A stretch of 64,000 nucleotides of DNA, taken from NCBI GenBank assembly GCA_002380425.1, contig DFUR01000035.1, positions 27,668 through 91,667 on the forward strand, given 5' to 3'. The translations under genes were made by a program, and so were the position numbers. Every line of letters begins with the position of its first letter. The stretch's first letter is position 1. The notes beneath the pieces are model-generated. The model saw only the letters and a list, made by a program, of their open reading frames with translations. It was not told where the DNA came from and searched no databases. Source of the stretch: Bacteroidales bacterium UBA4181 (GTDB taxonomy: Bacteria > Bacteroidota > Bacteroidia > Bacteroidales > UBA4181). Positions 39,148 to 48,228 of the stretch are shown one piece after another.

Positions 39148-39642
39148 TTAGCTCTTGTGGATGTCTGAAAGGGAGTCCTCAATCAGTTTCTTCTGTGCCT
39201 CATCCGACTGCAGTTCCCTGCGGAGCAGCCGGCTGGCGATACTCACGGAGTATTCGGCTGCAATGTTGCGGATATCCTGCAGGGCATCGGCGCGTTCCTT
39301 GAGGATGACCTTTCGGGCGTCCTCGATGATGGAGGCTTTCTCTTCCCGGGCCTGCTCTCTGGATTCCGAGAGGATCTGCTCTTTGAGTTCGCGGGCTTCC
39401 TTCAGAATTTGTTCTTTTTGGCGTCGGGCCTCGGCCATCATGCGCTCATTCTCCTGGCTCAGTTTGTCCAGGGCTTCCTGTGCATTCCTGGCGTTCACCA
39501 GAGCTTTACTGATAGAATCTTCCCGTTCCCGGAGCATATTCAGGATAGGCTTCCAGGCCAGATGTTTCAGAAGGAAGAACACGATCAGGAACGTAAGCAG
39601 CATCCAGAACAATGTTCCCCAGTCGGGAGTGACAATACCCAT
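39148..39642 (-). CDS. atpF: F0F1 ATP synthase subunit b.
   Basis: 164 aa. A single N-terminal TM helix (LFWMLLTFLIVFFLL) is followed by a long charged coiled coil. Confidence 0.9.
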   Translation of the reverse strand: MGIVTPDWGTLFWMLLTFLIVFFLLKHLAWKPILNMLREREDSISKALVNARNAQEALDKLSQENERMMAEARRQKEQILKEARELKEQILSESREQAREEKASIIEDARKVILKERADALQDIRNIAAEYSVSIASRLLRRELQSDEAQKKLIEDSLSDIHKS

Positions 39643-39718
39643 ATCTGTGACGGTTAATGATGTTCAAAAAAGCTTTGCAGGGGGCCAACCGCCCGGCCTG
39701 CAAAGCATAGTTCCATGC

Positions 39719-40009
<291 letters not shown>

Positions 40010-41149
40010 CTAATGAACAGATTCATGCACTTCGTGCTCCTCCACAGCCATCCCGAAGTACAAAGCGGAAAGCAGGGTGAAGACATAAGCCTGGATAATC
40101 CCCACCAGCAGTTCAAGCAAGGTCATGAAGATGGCAAAGGCCAGCGATACTGGAGAGGCAACCATGCCCAGCATGGGGCTGATGGCTCCAAACACGAAGA
40201 TCAGGCTGAAGAAGCCGAGCATCACGATATGCCCCGCGGTGATGTTGGCAAAAAGCCGGATCATCAGTACGATGGGCTTGGTGAAAACCCCCACGATTTC
40301 CACGATGGGCATCAGAGGTACCGGAATTTTGAGCCACCAGGGAACTCCCGGAGTATTGAAGATGTGTCCCCAATAGGACTTGTTCCCGCTGAACAGGGTG
40401 ATCCCGAAAGTGATCAGCGCCAGGGCCATCGTTACAGCAATGTTCCCGGTGACATTCGCTCCGCCCGGAAACAGGGGAATGAGTCCCATGATGTTGTTGA
40501 TCCAGATAAAGAAAAACACCGTGAGCAGGTAGGGCATGTAACGGGCGTAGTGCTTGCCGATGAGGGGCCGGGCAATGTCATCCCGCACAAAAAGGATAAA
40601 CACCTCCAAGGCGTTCTGCATCCCCGAGGGCGCTCCGTCAGGGTATCGGCGGTAGCGGCGGGCAAGCCAGAGAAACAGGGATACCAGCAGGATCATGCTG
40701 ATAAACATGGCCATCACCGTTTTGGTGATGGACAGGTCCACAGGTCTGGACACTCCTTGGGGAGTGTCTTCCACAATTTCTCCCTCGTACTGCTCCTCAG
40801 TTGCAAGCCGAAAACCCTCAAACGTGTGGCCATGCGCCAGGCGGGCGGAAGAGAATACATGGAGGCCGGAGTGGCTGCTGAACAGGATGACGGGCAGCGG
40901 AATGCTGATGTGGTGGGCGTGGACGGTAAGGATGTGCCAGCTGTAGGCGTCTTCAACATGCTCAAAGATAAAGGCACCGGCATCGAACCCTTTTTCCGGA
41001 GCCTCTGAGGAAGTCTCAGTAGCGGATGCAGACAATAAAACCGGGCACAGCAGGAGCCACCCCAGCAGTGTCAGCTTCAGAAGACTCCATGACCATTCAG
41101 ACCTTCCCTTAATCATTCGGAATGAAATAAAACCCCCGAATATACTCAT
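40010..41149 (-). CDS. atpB: F0F1 ATP synthase subunit a, with a long N-terminal extension.
   Basis: 379 aa. The C-terminal region shows LMIRLFANITAGHIV (the essential Arg) and LLVGIIQAYVFTLLSALYF. An alternative start is ATG 41116. Confidence 0.9.
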   Translation of the reverse strand: MSIFGGFISFRMIKGRSEWSWSLLKLTLLGWLLLCPVLLSASATETSSEAPEKGFDAGAFIFEHVEDAYSWHILTVHAHHISIPLPVILFSSHSGLHVFSSARLAHGHTFEGFRLATEEQYEGEIVEDTPQGVSRPVDLSITKTVMAMFISMILLVSLFLWLARRYRRYPDGAPSGMQNALEVFILFVRDDIARPLIGKHYARYMPYLLTVFFFIWINNIMGLIPLFPGGANVTGNIAVTMALALITFGITLFSGNKSYWGHIFNTPGVPWWLKIPVPLMPIVEIVGVFTKPIVLMIRLFANITAGHIVMLGFFSLIFVFGAISPMLGMVASPVSLAFAIFMTLLELLVGIIQAYVFTLLSALYFGMAVEEHEVHESVH

Positions 41150-41154
41150 TTCTC

Positions 41155-41562
41155 TTACTGGTTGGAATTTGGTTTTTCGTTTTTTAGAAAAATTAACGTA
41201 CTGACCACGTCAAAGATTCCGAAGAGGAAGTAAGCTGACACAAAGGTGAGCAGGAAGGGCACGGCATACTCCCGGTAGAACCACAGATAGCCCACCATAT
41301 AGGCCAGATAGAGGAACAGCTTCACCGTGGTGCTGACCATGAAGGTCCGGGTAAAATTCCCTGGATTTTTTGCCAGGGTCCGCCTCAGGGCGATGTGTCC
41401 TGCCAGAGTGGTGAGCCACATGAGCAGCAGCGGAATCGCCAGCCCGGGGAAGGAATAGGCCTTGAGCCATATCATATAAAGCAATTCCAGACAAATTACC
41501 AGGGTGAAGGTGAAGAGCATCAGGATGCGGGCATACTTCCGCAGGGTAATGGATTTATTCAT
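41155..41562 (-). CDS. Small 4-TM membrane protein, AtpI-like (ATP synthase protein I-like).
   Basis: The ORF is 41155..41688. The start is placed at ATG 41562 (MNKSITLRKYARILMLFTF...). Four hydrophobic helices sit immediately upstream of atpB. The family call rests on position and topology only. Confidence 0.55.
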   Translation of the reverse strand: MNKSITLRKYARILMLFTFTLVICLELLYMIWLKAYSFPGLAIPLLLMWLTTLAGHIALRRTLAKNPGNFTRTFMVSTTVKLFLYLAYMVGYLWFYREYAVPFLLTFVSAYFLFGIFDVVSTLIFLKNEKPNSNQ

Positions 41563-41773
41563 GAGGATGGTTTTTGTCGGGAGTGCGTACCGCAATGTAG
41601 ATGGCCAGTGCGATGGCTCCTGCGGAAAGGAGTATGGTACAGACCGGGATGGTCCATCCCAGCCATCGGTCGAGTTTGACGCCGCCAACTACCCCGGCGA
41701 GGATGACCACCAGCATCTGAATGGCCAATCCGGAGTATCGTTCGTAGGGATTTCTATGCGGGGAGGAGTTCAT
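41555..41773 (-). CDS. AtpZ/AtpI-family small membrane protein (putative F0F1-ATPase accessory subunit).
   Basis: 72 aa from ATG 41773: MNSSPHRNPYERYSGLAIQMLVVILAGVVGGVKLDRWLG...ILLSAGAIALAIYIAV, giving two TM helices. It overlaps the downstream gene by 8 nt and the upstream bactofilin gene by 20 nt. Confidence 0.6.
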   Translation of the reverse strand: MNSSPHRNPYERYSGLAIQMLVVILAGVVGGVKLDRWLGWTIPVCTILLSAGAIALAIYIAVRTPDKNHPHE

Positions 41774-42134
41774 CGGCAGGAACAGCCGTCTGCTGTTCTT
41801 CCATATTGCACTGGCCATTGAACTGGCAGCCCGGCTCAATCTGTATTTTCTGCACAAATACATTGCCTTTGAGGACCGCGCTGGCCCGCATGGTGAGTTC
41901 GGAGGCAAAGATCTTTCCCTCCACTTTGCCGAATACATCCGCATGCCGGCAACGGATGACCCCGTAGATCTGGCTGGACGGGCCGAGGACAACGCGGGCC
42001 TCGGTGTCCAGATTCCCATGGAGAATTCCGTCAAAACGGATGTTCGCACCCGAACGGATGTCCCCTTTGATTTCTGTTCCTGCAATGATGTTACTCAGCG
42101 AATTGGGGCTTTCAGCCACTTCTGTTTTTGCCAT
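41754..42134 (-). CDS. Bactofilin (polymer-forming cytoskeletal protein, DUF583).
   Basis: The ORF is 41754..42158. The start is placed at ATG 42134 (MAKTEVAES...), downstream of the -7 box. Beta-helical repeats are typical of the family: IIAGTEIKGDIRSGANIRFDGILHGNLDTEARVVLGPSSQIYGVIRCRHADVFGKVEGKI. Confidence 0.8.
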   Translation of the reverse strand: MAKTEVAESPNSLSNIIAGTEIKGDIRSGANIRFDGILHGNLDTEARVVLGPSSQIYGVIRCRHADVFGKVEGKIFASELTMRASAVLKGNVFVQKIQIEPGCQFNGQCNMEEQQTAVPADELLPA

Positions 42135-42155
42135 ACCCTGTGAAATTTCGGATAA

Positions 42156-42163
42156 CAAACCTA
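42156..42163 (-). promoter_or_regulatory. -7 promoter box (TAGGTTTG on the minus strand) for the bactofilin-atpZ-atpI-atpBEFHAG operon.
   Basis: The plus strand reads CAAACCTA, an exact TAnnTTTG on the minus strand, 22 nt upstream of ATG 42134. Confidence 0.5.
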
Positions 42164-42220
42164 CAAGTTTTTTTTAGATTCCCGAAACAGCTCGCAGGCT
42201 TTTTTCTATCTTTCGGGCTT

Positions 42221-42260
42221 ATATAAAGAAAAACAGGGAAGCATCACTGCTGCCCTGTTT
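42221..42260 (-). terminator. Orphan intrinsic terminator on the minus strand, in the intergenic region upstream of the atp operon.
   Basis: The minus strand reads AAACAGGGCAGCA-GTGA-TGCTTCCCTGTTT, where 12 of 13 bp pair, followed by TTCTTTATAT. No minus-strand CDS lies upstream of it; the next gene (sensor kinase) is on the + strand. Confidence 0.55.
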
Positions 42261-42318
42261 CGGAAAATAACTAACTACCAACTAAAACTTAAACCTATGA
42301 AAATTTAATTAAGATGAT
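42222..42318 (-). ncRNA. Candidate small RNA or leader transcript (~95 nt), defined only by the orphan promoter and orphan terminator.
   Basis: A -7 box TACTTTTG (42325-42332, minus strand) is followed ~60 nt later by the terminator hairpin and U-tract. There is no plausible ORF (the longest is 12 codons, inside the hairpin). No Rfam family was recognised. Confidence 0.25.
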
Positions 42319-42324
42319 GTACTG

Positions 42325-42332
42325 CAAAAGTA
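42325..42332 (-). promoter_or_regulatory. Orphan -7 promoter box (TACTTTTG on the minus strand).
   Basis: The plus strand reads CAAAAGTA, an exact TAnnTTTG on the minus strand. It lies 190 nt upstream of the bactofilin start and upstream of the orphan terminator. Confidence 0.35.
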
Positions 42333-42408
42333 ACTATTTAATCGTTTCAGCGAACACTTTCTTCGTTAAAGTTTGTTAAATGAATTTTTTGCCCCACGGT
42401 GCATTTCT

Positions 42409-42416
42409 TATCTTTG
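42409..42416 (+). promoter_or_regulatory. -7 promoter box (TATCTTTG) for the two-component operon.
   Basis: Exact TAnnTTTG match. It lies inside the maximal ORF (GTG 42399), which argues for a downstream start codon. Confidence 0.45.
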
Positions 42417-42440
42417 AACCGGACGGAAATTTTTGATAAG

Positions 42441-43943
42441 TTGCAGAGAGCCAGAAATAAATGGATATACGTGATGGCGGTGGTGATGAGCCTTGCGCTG
42501 GGAGGGCTGATTGTGGTTCAGTCCCTCTGGATTCAGAATGCCTACGAATCGGGCGAGGCTCAGTTCAATCTGGCCGTTTCCTCCGCCCAGCGCCATATTA
42601 TTGACGATGTCCTGGAGTTTGAACTGCTTGCTCTTCAGCGACAGGCCGATCAGCCCTTTCCCTATCTTCCCAACAGTGCCCTGCGAACTACCAGGGCGGA
42701 GCTTGACTCGATTATTCACATGGGCCGGACGCATCCGGCACCGGGGGCAGACACGCTTTCACGTAACGTTTCTGCTGGTTCTACCGGCCCGAGGTCGGGG
42801 AGAATCACTGATGTTGCCCCACTCCCCGGGGTGAACCAGTTTCGGGAACAGTACGGCTCGGCTATTGATCGCTATTATCTGAGGGCCTCCCGTGGGGAGT
42901 TGTCTCTCCAGGAACGGATCGGTAAGGAGTCCTTTGAGTATTTCATCCAGTCTGAGTTGCTCAAATCAGGGATCGATGTGCCCTATGAATATGCCGTCCT
43001 TGACTTCAGGGGCGGGGCCGTGTATCGTTCCCCGGGCTATGCGCGGGATGCTCCCTTTCGTACCTTTGAACTGCCATTGTTTGCTGGAGACCGATATGTG
43101 TTTACCCTGTATTTTCCCCACAAGGGATCCCATCTTCTGCAATCTGTTGTGCTGATTGCAGCCCTCTCCATCCTGCTGATTCTTGTCTTGGTGACCATAT
43201 TCATTGTGTCCATCTATACAATTGTGCACCAAAAGAAACTCTCTGAGATGCGGACCGACTTCATGAACAATGTTACCCATGAACTCAAGACTCCCATCTC
43301 CACCATATCGCTGGCATCCCAGATGCTTGGAGATTCTTCTATTCCCGACTCGTCCAAGAATCTGGGGCGTCTGGCCTCGGTAATCAGCCACGAGAGCAAA
43401 CGGCTGGGCAACCAGGTGGAAAAGGTGTTGCAAATGGCCATCTTTGAGAATGGTCGCATGAATCTCAGGTGGACCGTCATTGATGTAAACCAGCTTCTGG
43501 AGACGGTAGTAGAGAACGTTGCCATACAGGTCACAGACCGGAAGGGTACCATTGATTTGTATCTTGATGCTTCCCAGGCTGATATCCGGGCCGATGAGAT
43601 CCATTTTACCAATGTTTTGTTCAATCTGGTGGATAACGCCATGAAATACAGCCAGGGAGCCCCGTGTATCGAGATATTCACCCGGAACGTGGGGAAATGG
43701 TTGAGCATTTCGGTCAAGGATCGAGGCATTGGCATCCCCAAATCCGATCAGAAGCGCATTTTTGACCAGTTCTACCGGGTTCACACGGGCAACGTACACA
43801 ATGTTAAAGGATTTGGTCTGGGATTGAGTTATGTCCAGAGAATGATAGCCGCCCACAAGGGCCGGATTGAACTGGAGAGTGAGGTGGGGGTGGGAACCAC
43901 TTTTACCTTATATTTGCCATTGGTTTGCAGAACTGATAATTAA
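42441..43943 (+). CDS. Two-component sensor histidine kinase (RprX-like).
   Basis: The ORF is open from GTG 42399. I favour TTG 42441 (MQRARNKWIYVMAVVMSLALGGLIVV...), with ATG 42474 as the alternative, because the -7 box lies at 42409-42416. There are two TM segments. The H-box is HELKTPIS and the ATPase region shows DNAMKYS, DRGIGIP, GFGLGLSYV. Confidence 0.85.
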   Translation: MQRARNKWIYVMAVVMSLALGGLIVVQSLWIQNAYESGEAQFNLAVSSAQRHIIDDVLEFELLALQRQADQPFPYLPNSALRTTRAELDSIIHMGRTHPAPGADTLSRNVSAGSTGPRSGRITDVAPLPGVNQFREQYGSAIDRYYLRASRGELSLQERIGKESFEYFIQSELLKSGIDVPYEYAVLDFRGGAVYRSPGYARDAPFRTFELPLFAGDRYVFTLYFPHKGSHLLQSVVLIAALSILLILVLVTIFIVSIYTIVHQKKLSEMRTDFMNNVTHELKTPISTISLASQMLGDSSIPDSSKNLGRLASVISHESKRLGNQVEKVLQMAIFENGRMNLRWTVIDVNQLLETVVENVAIQVTDRKGTIDLYLDASQADIRADEIHFTNVLFNLVDNAMKYSQGAPCIEIFTRNVGKWLSISVKDRGIGIPKSDQKRIFDQFYRVHTGNVHNVKGFGLGLSYVQRMIAAHKGRIELESEVGVGTTFTLYLPLVCRTDN

Positions 43944-43949
43944 AGGGAT

Positions 43950-44627
43950 ATGAACAGGATTTTACTGGCTGAAGACGACTCAAACCTGGGGCTCCTGCTC
44001 AAGGAGTACCTGGAGGCGAAAGATTATGTTGTGGAATTGTTTCCCGACGGAGAGGCTGCCCTTGAGGGTTATCATCAACAAACTTTCGATCTGTGCATCC
44101 TGGATGTGATGATGCCCCGTAAGGACGGTTTTGCCGTCGCCAGGGAAATTCGCGCGCACAATCAGGAAATACCTCTGTTGTTTTTAACCGCCCGCTCTAT
44201 GAAGGACGATGTGCTCGAAGGGTTCCGCATCGGGGCTGACGATTATCTCACCAAGCCCTTCAGTATGGAAGAGCTCTTGTTCCGCATAGAGGCTATTCTG
44301 AGACGTACCCGGCAGGGCGGAGCCGAGCAGGGCTCACCCTATCGGCTGGGTAAGTACACTTTTGAATCCCAAAAGCAGGAGCTTGTATGCGGGGAGGTCC
44401 ACTACAAGCTCACTACCAAGGAGTCTGAATTGCTCCGGTTGCTTTGTGACAACGCCAACCAGGTGCTGGAGCGGAACTTCGCCCTGAAATCCATCTGGGA
44501 GGATGACAACTACTTCAATGCCCGAAGCATGGATGTGTACATCACCAAGTTGCGCAAGTACCTCAGGGATGAACCCTCCGTTGAGATACTGAATGTGCAC
44601 GGAAAGGGATTCAAACTAATCCGTTAA
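43950..44627 (+). CDS. OmpR-family response regulator (RprY-like).
   Basis: 225 aa. The receiver domain shows ILLAEDD...LCILDVMMPRKDG...KPF. A winged-helix output domain follows (LTTKESELLRLL...DVYITKLRKYL). Confidence 0.92.
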   Translation: MNRILLAEDDSNLGLLLKEYLEAKDYVVELFPDGEAALEGYHQQTFDLCILDVMMPRKDGFAVAREIRAHNQEIPLLFLTARSMKDDVLEGFRIGADDYLTKPFSMEELLFRIEAILRRTRQGGAEQGSPYRLGKYTFESQKQELVCGEVHYKLTTKESELLRLLCDNANQVLERNFALKSIWEDDNYFNARSMDVYITKLRKYLRDEPSVEILNVHGKGFKLIR

Positions 44628-44639
44628 TCCGGCCCGGTC

Positions 44640-46022
44640 TTAGTCCACTACGTCAAAATAGGAATTGTTCTCCCTGATTTTCACGCTGTTGTTCTCTCCA
44701 GGATGCAGTGCCAGCCCTGATTTCTCGGCTTCTCTTCCCGGCTCCTCCTGAGTTTTCTGCTTTCTTATGTAGGCTGGGGTATTCTCCAGATCATCAATGT
44801 CAAACAGTTCCTGCCGGCCTTGGGATCTGGCCCGGAGCGTGCCATCTTGCCCATATTCCGGACGTGGCTGCTGCTCAATAACGTCGTCCAGAGAATAGCC
44901 CTTCTCCACTACCGTGAAGTTGATGGTTCCCTGAGTCACCTCCATCGGCACCCTGTCCGCAGCCTTCATGCTGGCAGCTCTTTCAGCCCTTGGAATGTCC
45001 AGTACGGTGCGGATGGGCTCTCGGGCCGGGCTCAGGTCCAGTTCGGGAAAACTGTTCCCGGTGAAACTGGTAGCCACGACGGTCACCCGCAGCTCATTGC
45101 CCATACGTTCGTCGTTTCCTGCCCCCCAGATGACCGAGGCATCTCTGGCAACGGACTGGGTCACAAAGTCGGTGATTTCACCCAATTCGTCCATCGTAAC
45201 CTCGTTCTCGTCGGTTCCCGAAGTGATGTTCAGCAGTATGTTCCGGGCGCCCGAGATCTCGTTGTTGTTGAGCAGGGGAGAGGTCAGGGCTTCCTCGACC
45301 GCTCTGCGGGCACGTCCTTCGCCACTCGCGGCAGCCGAACCCATCACGGTGATGCCCCCGTTTTTCATGGTGGTCTTAACATCAGCAAAGTCCACATTGA
45401 CTTTTCCTGGGATGGTCACCAACTCGGCTATGCCTTTGGCAGCCGTGGTGAGGATGTCATCAGCGTGAGAGAATGCCTGGGACACGGGCAGGTTTCCGTA
45501 CATCTCCCTGAGTTTCTCATTGTTGATAATCAGCAAAGAGTCCACGTGGTTGCGCAGTTCCCGGATGCCGTCCAATGCCTGCCGGAATCGGATGGTGCCC
45601 TCAAACCGGAAGGGTATGGTGACAATGGCTACTGTGAGGATGTCCATCTCCCTGGCAATCTGGGCGATGACCGGGGTGGCTCCGGTTCCGGTGCCACCGC
45701 CCATCCCGGCTGTGAGGAACACCATCCGGGTATTTCCATCCAGAGCACTCCGTATGGCCTCCTGCGAGTCCATGGCGGCATCCCGCCCCACCTCGGGTTT
45801 GTTCCCTGCCCCAAGTCCTTCAGTCTGTTTGCCCAGTTTGATCTGGTTGCGCACCGGACTTTTTTGCAAGGCTTGAGCATCTGTGTTGCAGATGATGAAA
45901 TCCACATCGTGAATTCCTTGCTGATACATATAATTGACGGCGTTTCCTCCTCCGCCTCCGACCCCGATTACTTTGATGATGGGAGTGGGGTTTTCGCTCC
46001 AGCCTATGTTCAAATCGTCCAT
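44640..46022 (-). CDS. ftsZ: Cell division protein FtsZ.
   Basis: 460 aa. The tubulin signature GGGTGTGATPVIA and VIGVGGGGGNAVN are present. A long disordered linker and a C-terminal peptide follow. Confidence 0.97.
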   Translation of the reverse strand: MDDLNIGWSENPTPIIKVIGVGGGGGNAVNYMYQQGIHDVDFIICNTDAQALQKSPVRNQIKLGKQTEGLGAGNKPEVGRDAAMDSQEAIRSALDGNTRMVFLTAGMGGGTGTGATPVIAQIAREMDILTVAIVTIPFRFEGTIRFRQALDGIRELRNHVDSLLIINNEKLREMYGNLPVSQAFSHADDILTTAAKGIAELVTIPGKVNVDFADVKTTMKNGGITVMGSAAASGEGRARRAVEEALTSPLLNNNEISGARNILLNITSGTDENEVTMDELGEITDFVTQSVARDASVIWGAGNDERMGNELRVTVVATSFTGNSFPELDLSPAREPIRTVLDIPRAERAASMKAADRVPMEVTQGTINFTVVEKGYSLDDVIEQQPRPEYGQDGTLRARSQGRQELFDIDDLENTPAYIRKQKTQEEPGREAEKSGLALHPGENNSVKIRENNSYFDVVD

Positions 46023-46039
46023 ATTCTCAATAATTAATG

Positions 46040-47446
46040 TTATTCAAGTGTTGGGTCTTCTTTTTCCGAAAAGATGTCTCCCAGCAAGTTTTGGGCAGTT
46101 TGCAGAAAACTGGTTTTTCTGGGGGCTTTCTTCCTCTTGCTCAGGTCGGTGATGCCCTGAGTGCGTGGAGCAGGTTCTGTTTCCCGGGCTGCCTGCTCAA
46201 CTGCTGGAGCAGACTCGGCCGTGTCGCACTGGGGATGCTCGTCCAGATAGTCGAATCCTTTCTTGAGCAGACCGATGACCGTGGCGAACAGGGGTTCGTT
46301 CATATCCCCTGCTTCTCCTACCAGATGCTGGCCGGGGAACCCGATATTCACTTCCAAGCCTGTCTGGAAGGTGAAGAGTTGCTTGAGATGGCGCAGCATG
46401 GAGCCGCCTCCGGTGAGCACAATACCGGCCCCCAGATTGCCTTCGCATTCGGAGTTGCGGAGGTGAAAACCTACCATGTCGATGATTTCCTCCATACGTG
46501 CCTGGATGATACCGGCCAGGTGGGTCAGGGAGACTTCTCTCTCGGCGCGTCCCGGGATTTCACTCGGGATGACAATCACCTTGTTGCCCTCGGCTTGTTC
46601 CGCCAGGGCTTCGCCATGGATGATTTTCAGTTGTTCTGCGGTGTTTTCCAGCAGTCCGCAGGCAGTCCGGATGTCCTGGGTGATGATGTTCCCGCCAAAG
46701 GGAATCACTGCCGAGTAACGCAGGGTATTCTCATAGAAAACCGCCACATCGGTGGTGCCGCCCCCGATATCCACCAGAGCCACACCCACCTCTTTCTCCT
46801 CGGAGTACAGCACGGCCTCGGATGAGGCCAGAGGTTCCAGGATGATGTCCAGGATGTTGAGCCCGGCATGTTCCACGCACCGGCGTATTCTCCGGATGGA
46901 GTCAACGCTCCCCACGATGATGTTGAAGTTTGCCTCCAGGCGTTTCCCCATCATGCCCACAGGATTGAGGATGTTTGTCTCGTTGTCCAGAGTGTAACTC
47001 TGGGGGATGACATGCAGAATTTCCTTGCCCGCCTCGAGCCCGATGTGGGCCGCGTCCTCGTGTAGGCGCCGGACATCGGCAATGCTGACCGTTTCATCGG
47101 CTCCCGAAAGATGGGTGTGGGTCCGGTTCTTGATCAGCCGAATATGTTCTCCGGCAATGCCGGTGAAGACATTCCGGATGGTGTATCCGGTTTTCTTCTC
47201 CAGATCGGATATTACCTGCCGGATTACCCTCGATGCCTCCTCAGGATTCAGGATCTCCCCGCGCCGGATGCCTTTCGAAACCGACTTGCTGTACCCCAGA
47301 ATCTCCAGCCGGCCGTTATCGTTCCTGCGTCCCAGAGCGGCCACAATCTTTGTGGTGCCCACATCCAGTGCGGCAACCAGACGTTCATTCCCGGTACGGA
47401 CCGGTGCTCCTGATGCGGGGCTTTGTTCGGATTTGTTATTGATCAT
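46040..47446 (-). CDS. ftsA: Cell division protein FtsA.
   Basis: The ORF is 46040..47497. The start is placed at ATG 47446, after the ftsQ stop at 47458. Actin-fold motifs are LDVGTTKIVA and VDIGGGTTDVAV. A C-terminal amphipathic helix is present (FLQTAQNLLGDIF). Confidence 0.93.
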   Translation of the reverse strand: MINNKSEQSPASGAPVRTGNERLVAALDVGTTKIVAALGRRNDNGRLEILGYSKSVSKGIRRGEILNPEEASRVIRQVISDLEKKTGYTIRNVFTGIAGEHIRLIKNRTHTHLSGADETVSIADVRRLHEDAAHIGLEAGKEILHVIPQSYTLDNETNILNPVGMMGKRLEANFNIIVGSVDSIRRIRRCVEHAGLNILDIILEPLASSEAVLYSEEKEVGVALVDIGGGTTDVAVFYENTLRYSAVIPFGGNIITQDIRTACGLLENTAEQLKIIHGEALAEQAEGNKVIVIPSEIPGRAEREVSLTHLAGIIQARMEEIIDMVGFHLRNSECEGNLGAGIVLTGGGSMLRHLKQLFTFQTGLEVNIGFPGQHLVGEAGDMNEPLFATVIGLLKKGFDYLDEHPQCDTAESAPAVEQAARETEPAPRTQGITDLSKRKKAPRKTSFLQTAQNLLGDIFSEKEDPTLE

Positions 47447-47457
47447 ATTCTTTCGTG

Positions 47458-48228
47458 TTACAGTGAATGATTCATCAGAGTATCCCTGCGCGTGCATACA
47501 ATCTGGTTCCGGTACTGCACATTGATGGTGCTGTAAGTATCCCAGCCCTGGATGTTCAGGGCGTTTCGGTACAATGCCTCCAGACGTTCGAATTTGTCCT
47601 CATCATCCCCGGGAGGGCCCCAGAGGATGGTATGGTTGCCTGCACGGGGAATCAGTTCCAGTTGCTGCTGTTCGTTTACGTATATCTGTTGTATCTGGGC
47701 ATTCCAGAAGGGATGGTTGCGAATGTAGGTGCCCAGCCGGAACAAGGCGGGGAGCATTTCCTGTTCCCGCGCCTTTTCGTCAATGTAGCCGCTCGCTACC
47801 GGTACGTGCGGGGTGTAACGTGCTACTGGTGTGAGGATTTTGCCCTCACTATCCAGAAAGAAACTTTCCTGAAAGCGGTTGATGACTCTGAGTATCGGGA
47901 TGCGTTGCCGGACTTCCACACAGAGCGTTCCATCGGCAGTGGTATAGGTCTCAGCCCCGGCCACGGGAGGATAACGCCTGACCACCTGCTCCAGTTCCCG
48001 GGTGTTGATCTCGTGCAGGGGTCGTCCCAGCAGCCTGTCCTCAAAGGGAGAAACCAGCGGATAGATGTCCGCAGTCCGGATAAAGCCGTATGCGGCACTG
48101 TCGGTGACCACAATCCTGATTTGGGTGCAGAGGCTTTCCTCCGTTTTCTTCACGGTGAAAGCCACTGCGAAGAACAGATATCCGGCCAGCAGGACCCAAA
48201 AAAGTATGATGAGCACCTTTTTCAGCAT
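47458..48228 (-). CDS. ftsQ: Cell division protein FtsQ.
   Basis: The ORF is 47458..48258. The start is placed at ATG 48228 (MLKKVLIILFWVLLAGYLFF), giving a single TM helix followed by POTRA-like and FtsQ domains. Its position between murC and ftsA fits. Confidence 0.8.
   Translation of the reverse strand: MLKKVLIILFWVLLAGYLFFAVAFTVKKTEESLCTQIRIVVTDSAAYGFIRTADIYPLVSPFEDRLLGRPLHEINTRELEQVVRRYPPVAGAETYTTADGTLCVEVRQRIPILRVINRFQESFFLDSEGKILTPVARYTPHVPVASGYIDEKAREQEMLPALFRLGTYIRNHPFWNAQIQQIYVNEQQQLELIPRAGNHTILWGPPGDDEDKFERLEALYRNALNIQGWDTYSTINVQYRNQIVCTRRDTLMNHSL

Noticed and set aside
42182-42263. The inverted repeat CCGAAACAG / CTGTTTCGG flanking the orphan terminator, considered as a possible invertible (phase-variable) promoter segment.
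   Set aside because: The repeat is only 9 bp and encloses ~65 bp. No site-specific recombinase gene is in the window. Bacteroidales invertible promoters have longer IRs flanking a promoter, and here the -7 boxes lie outside the repeat. RNA secondary structure explains it better.
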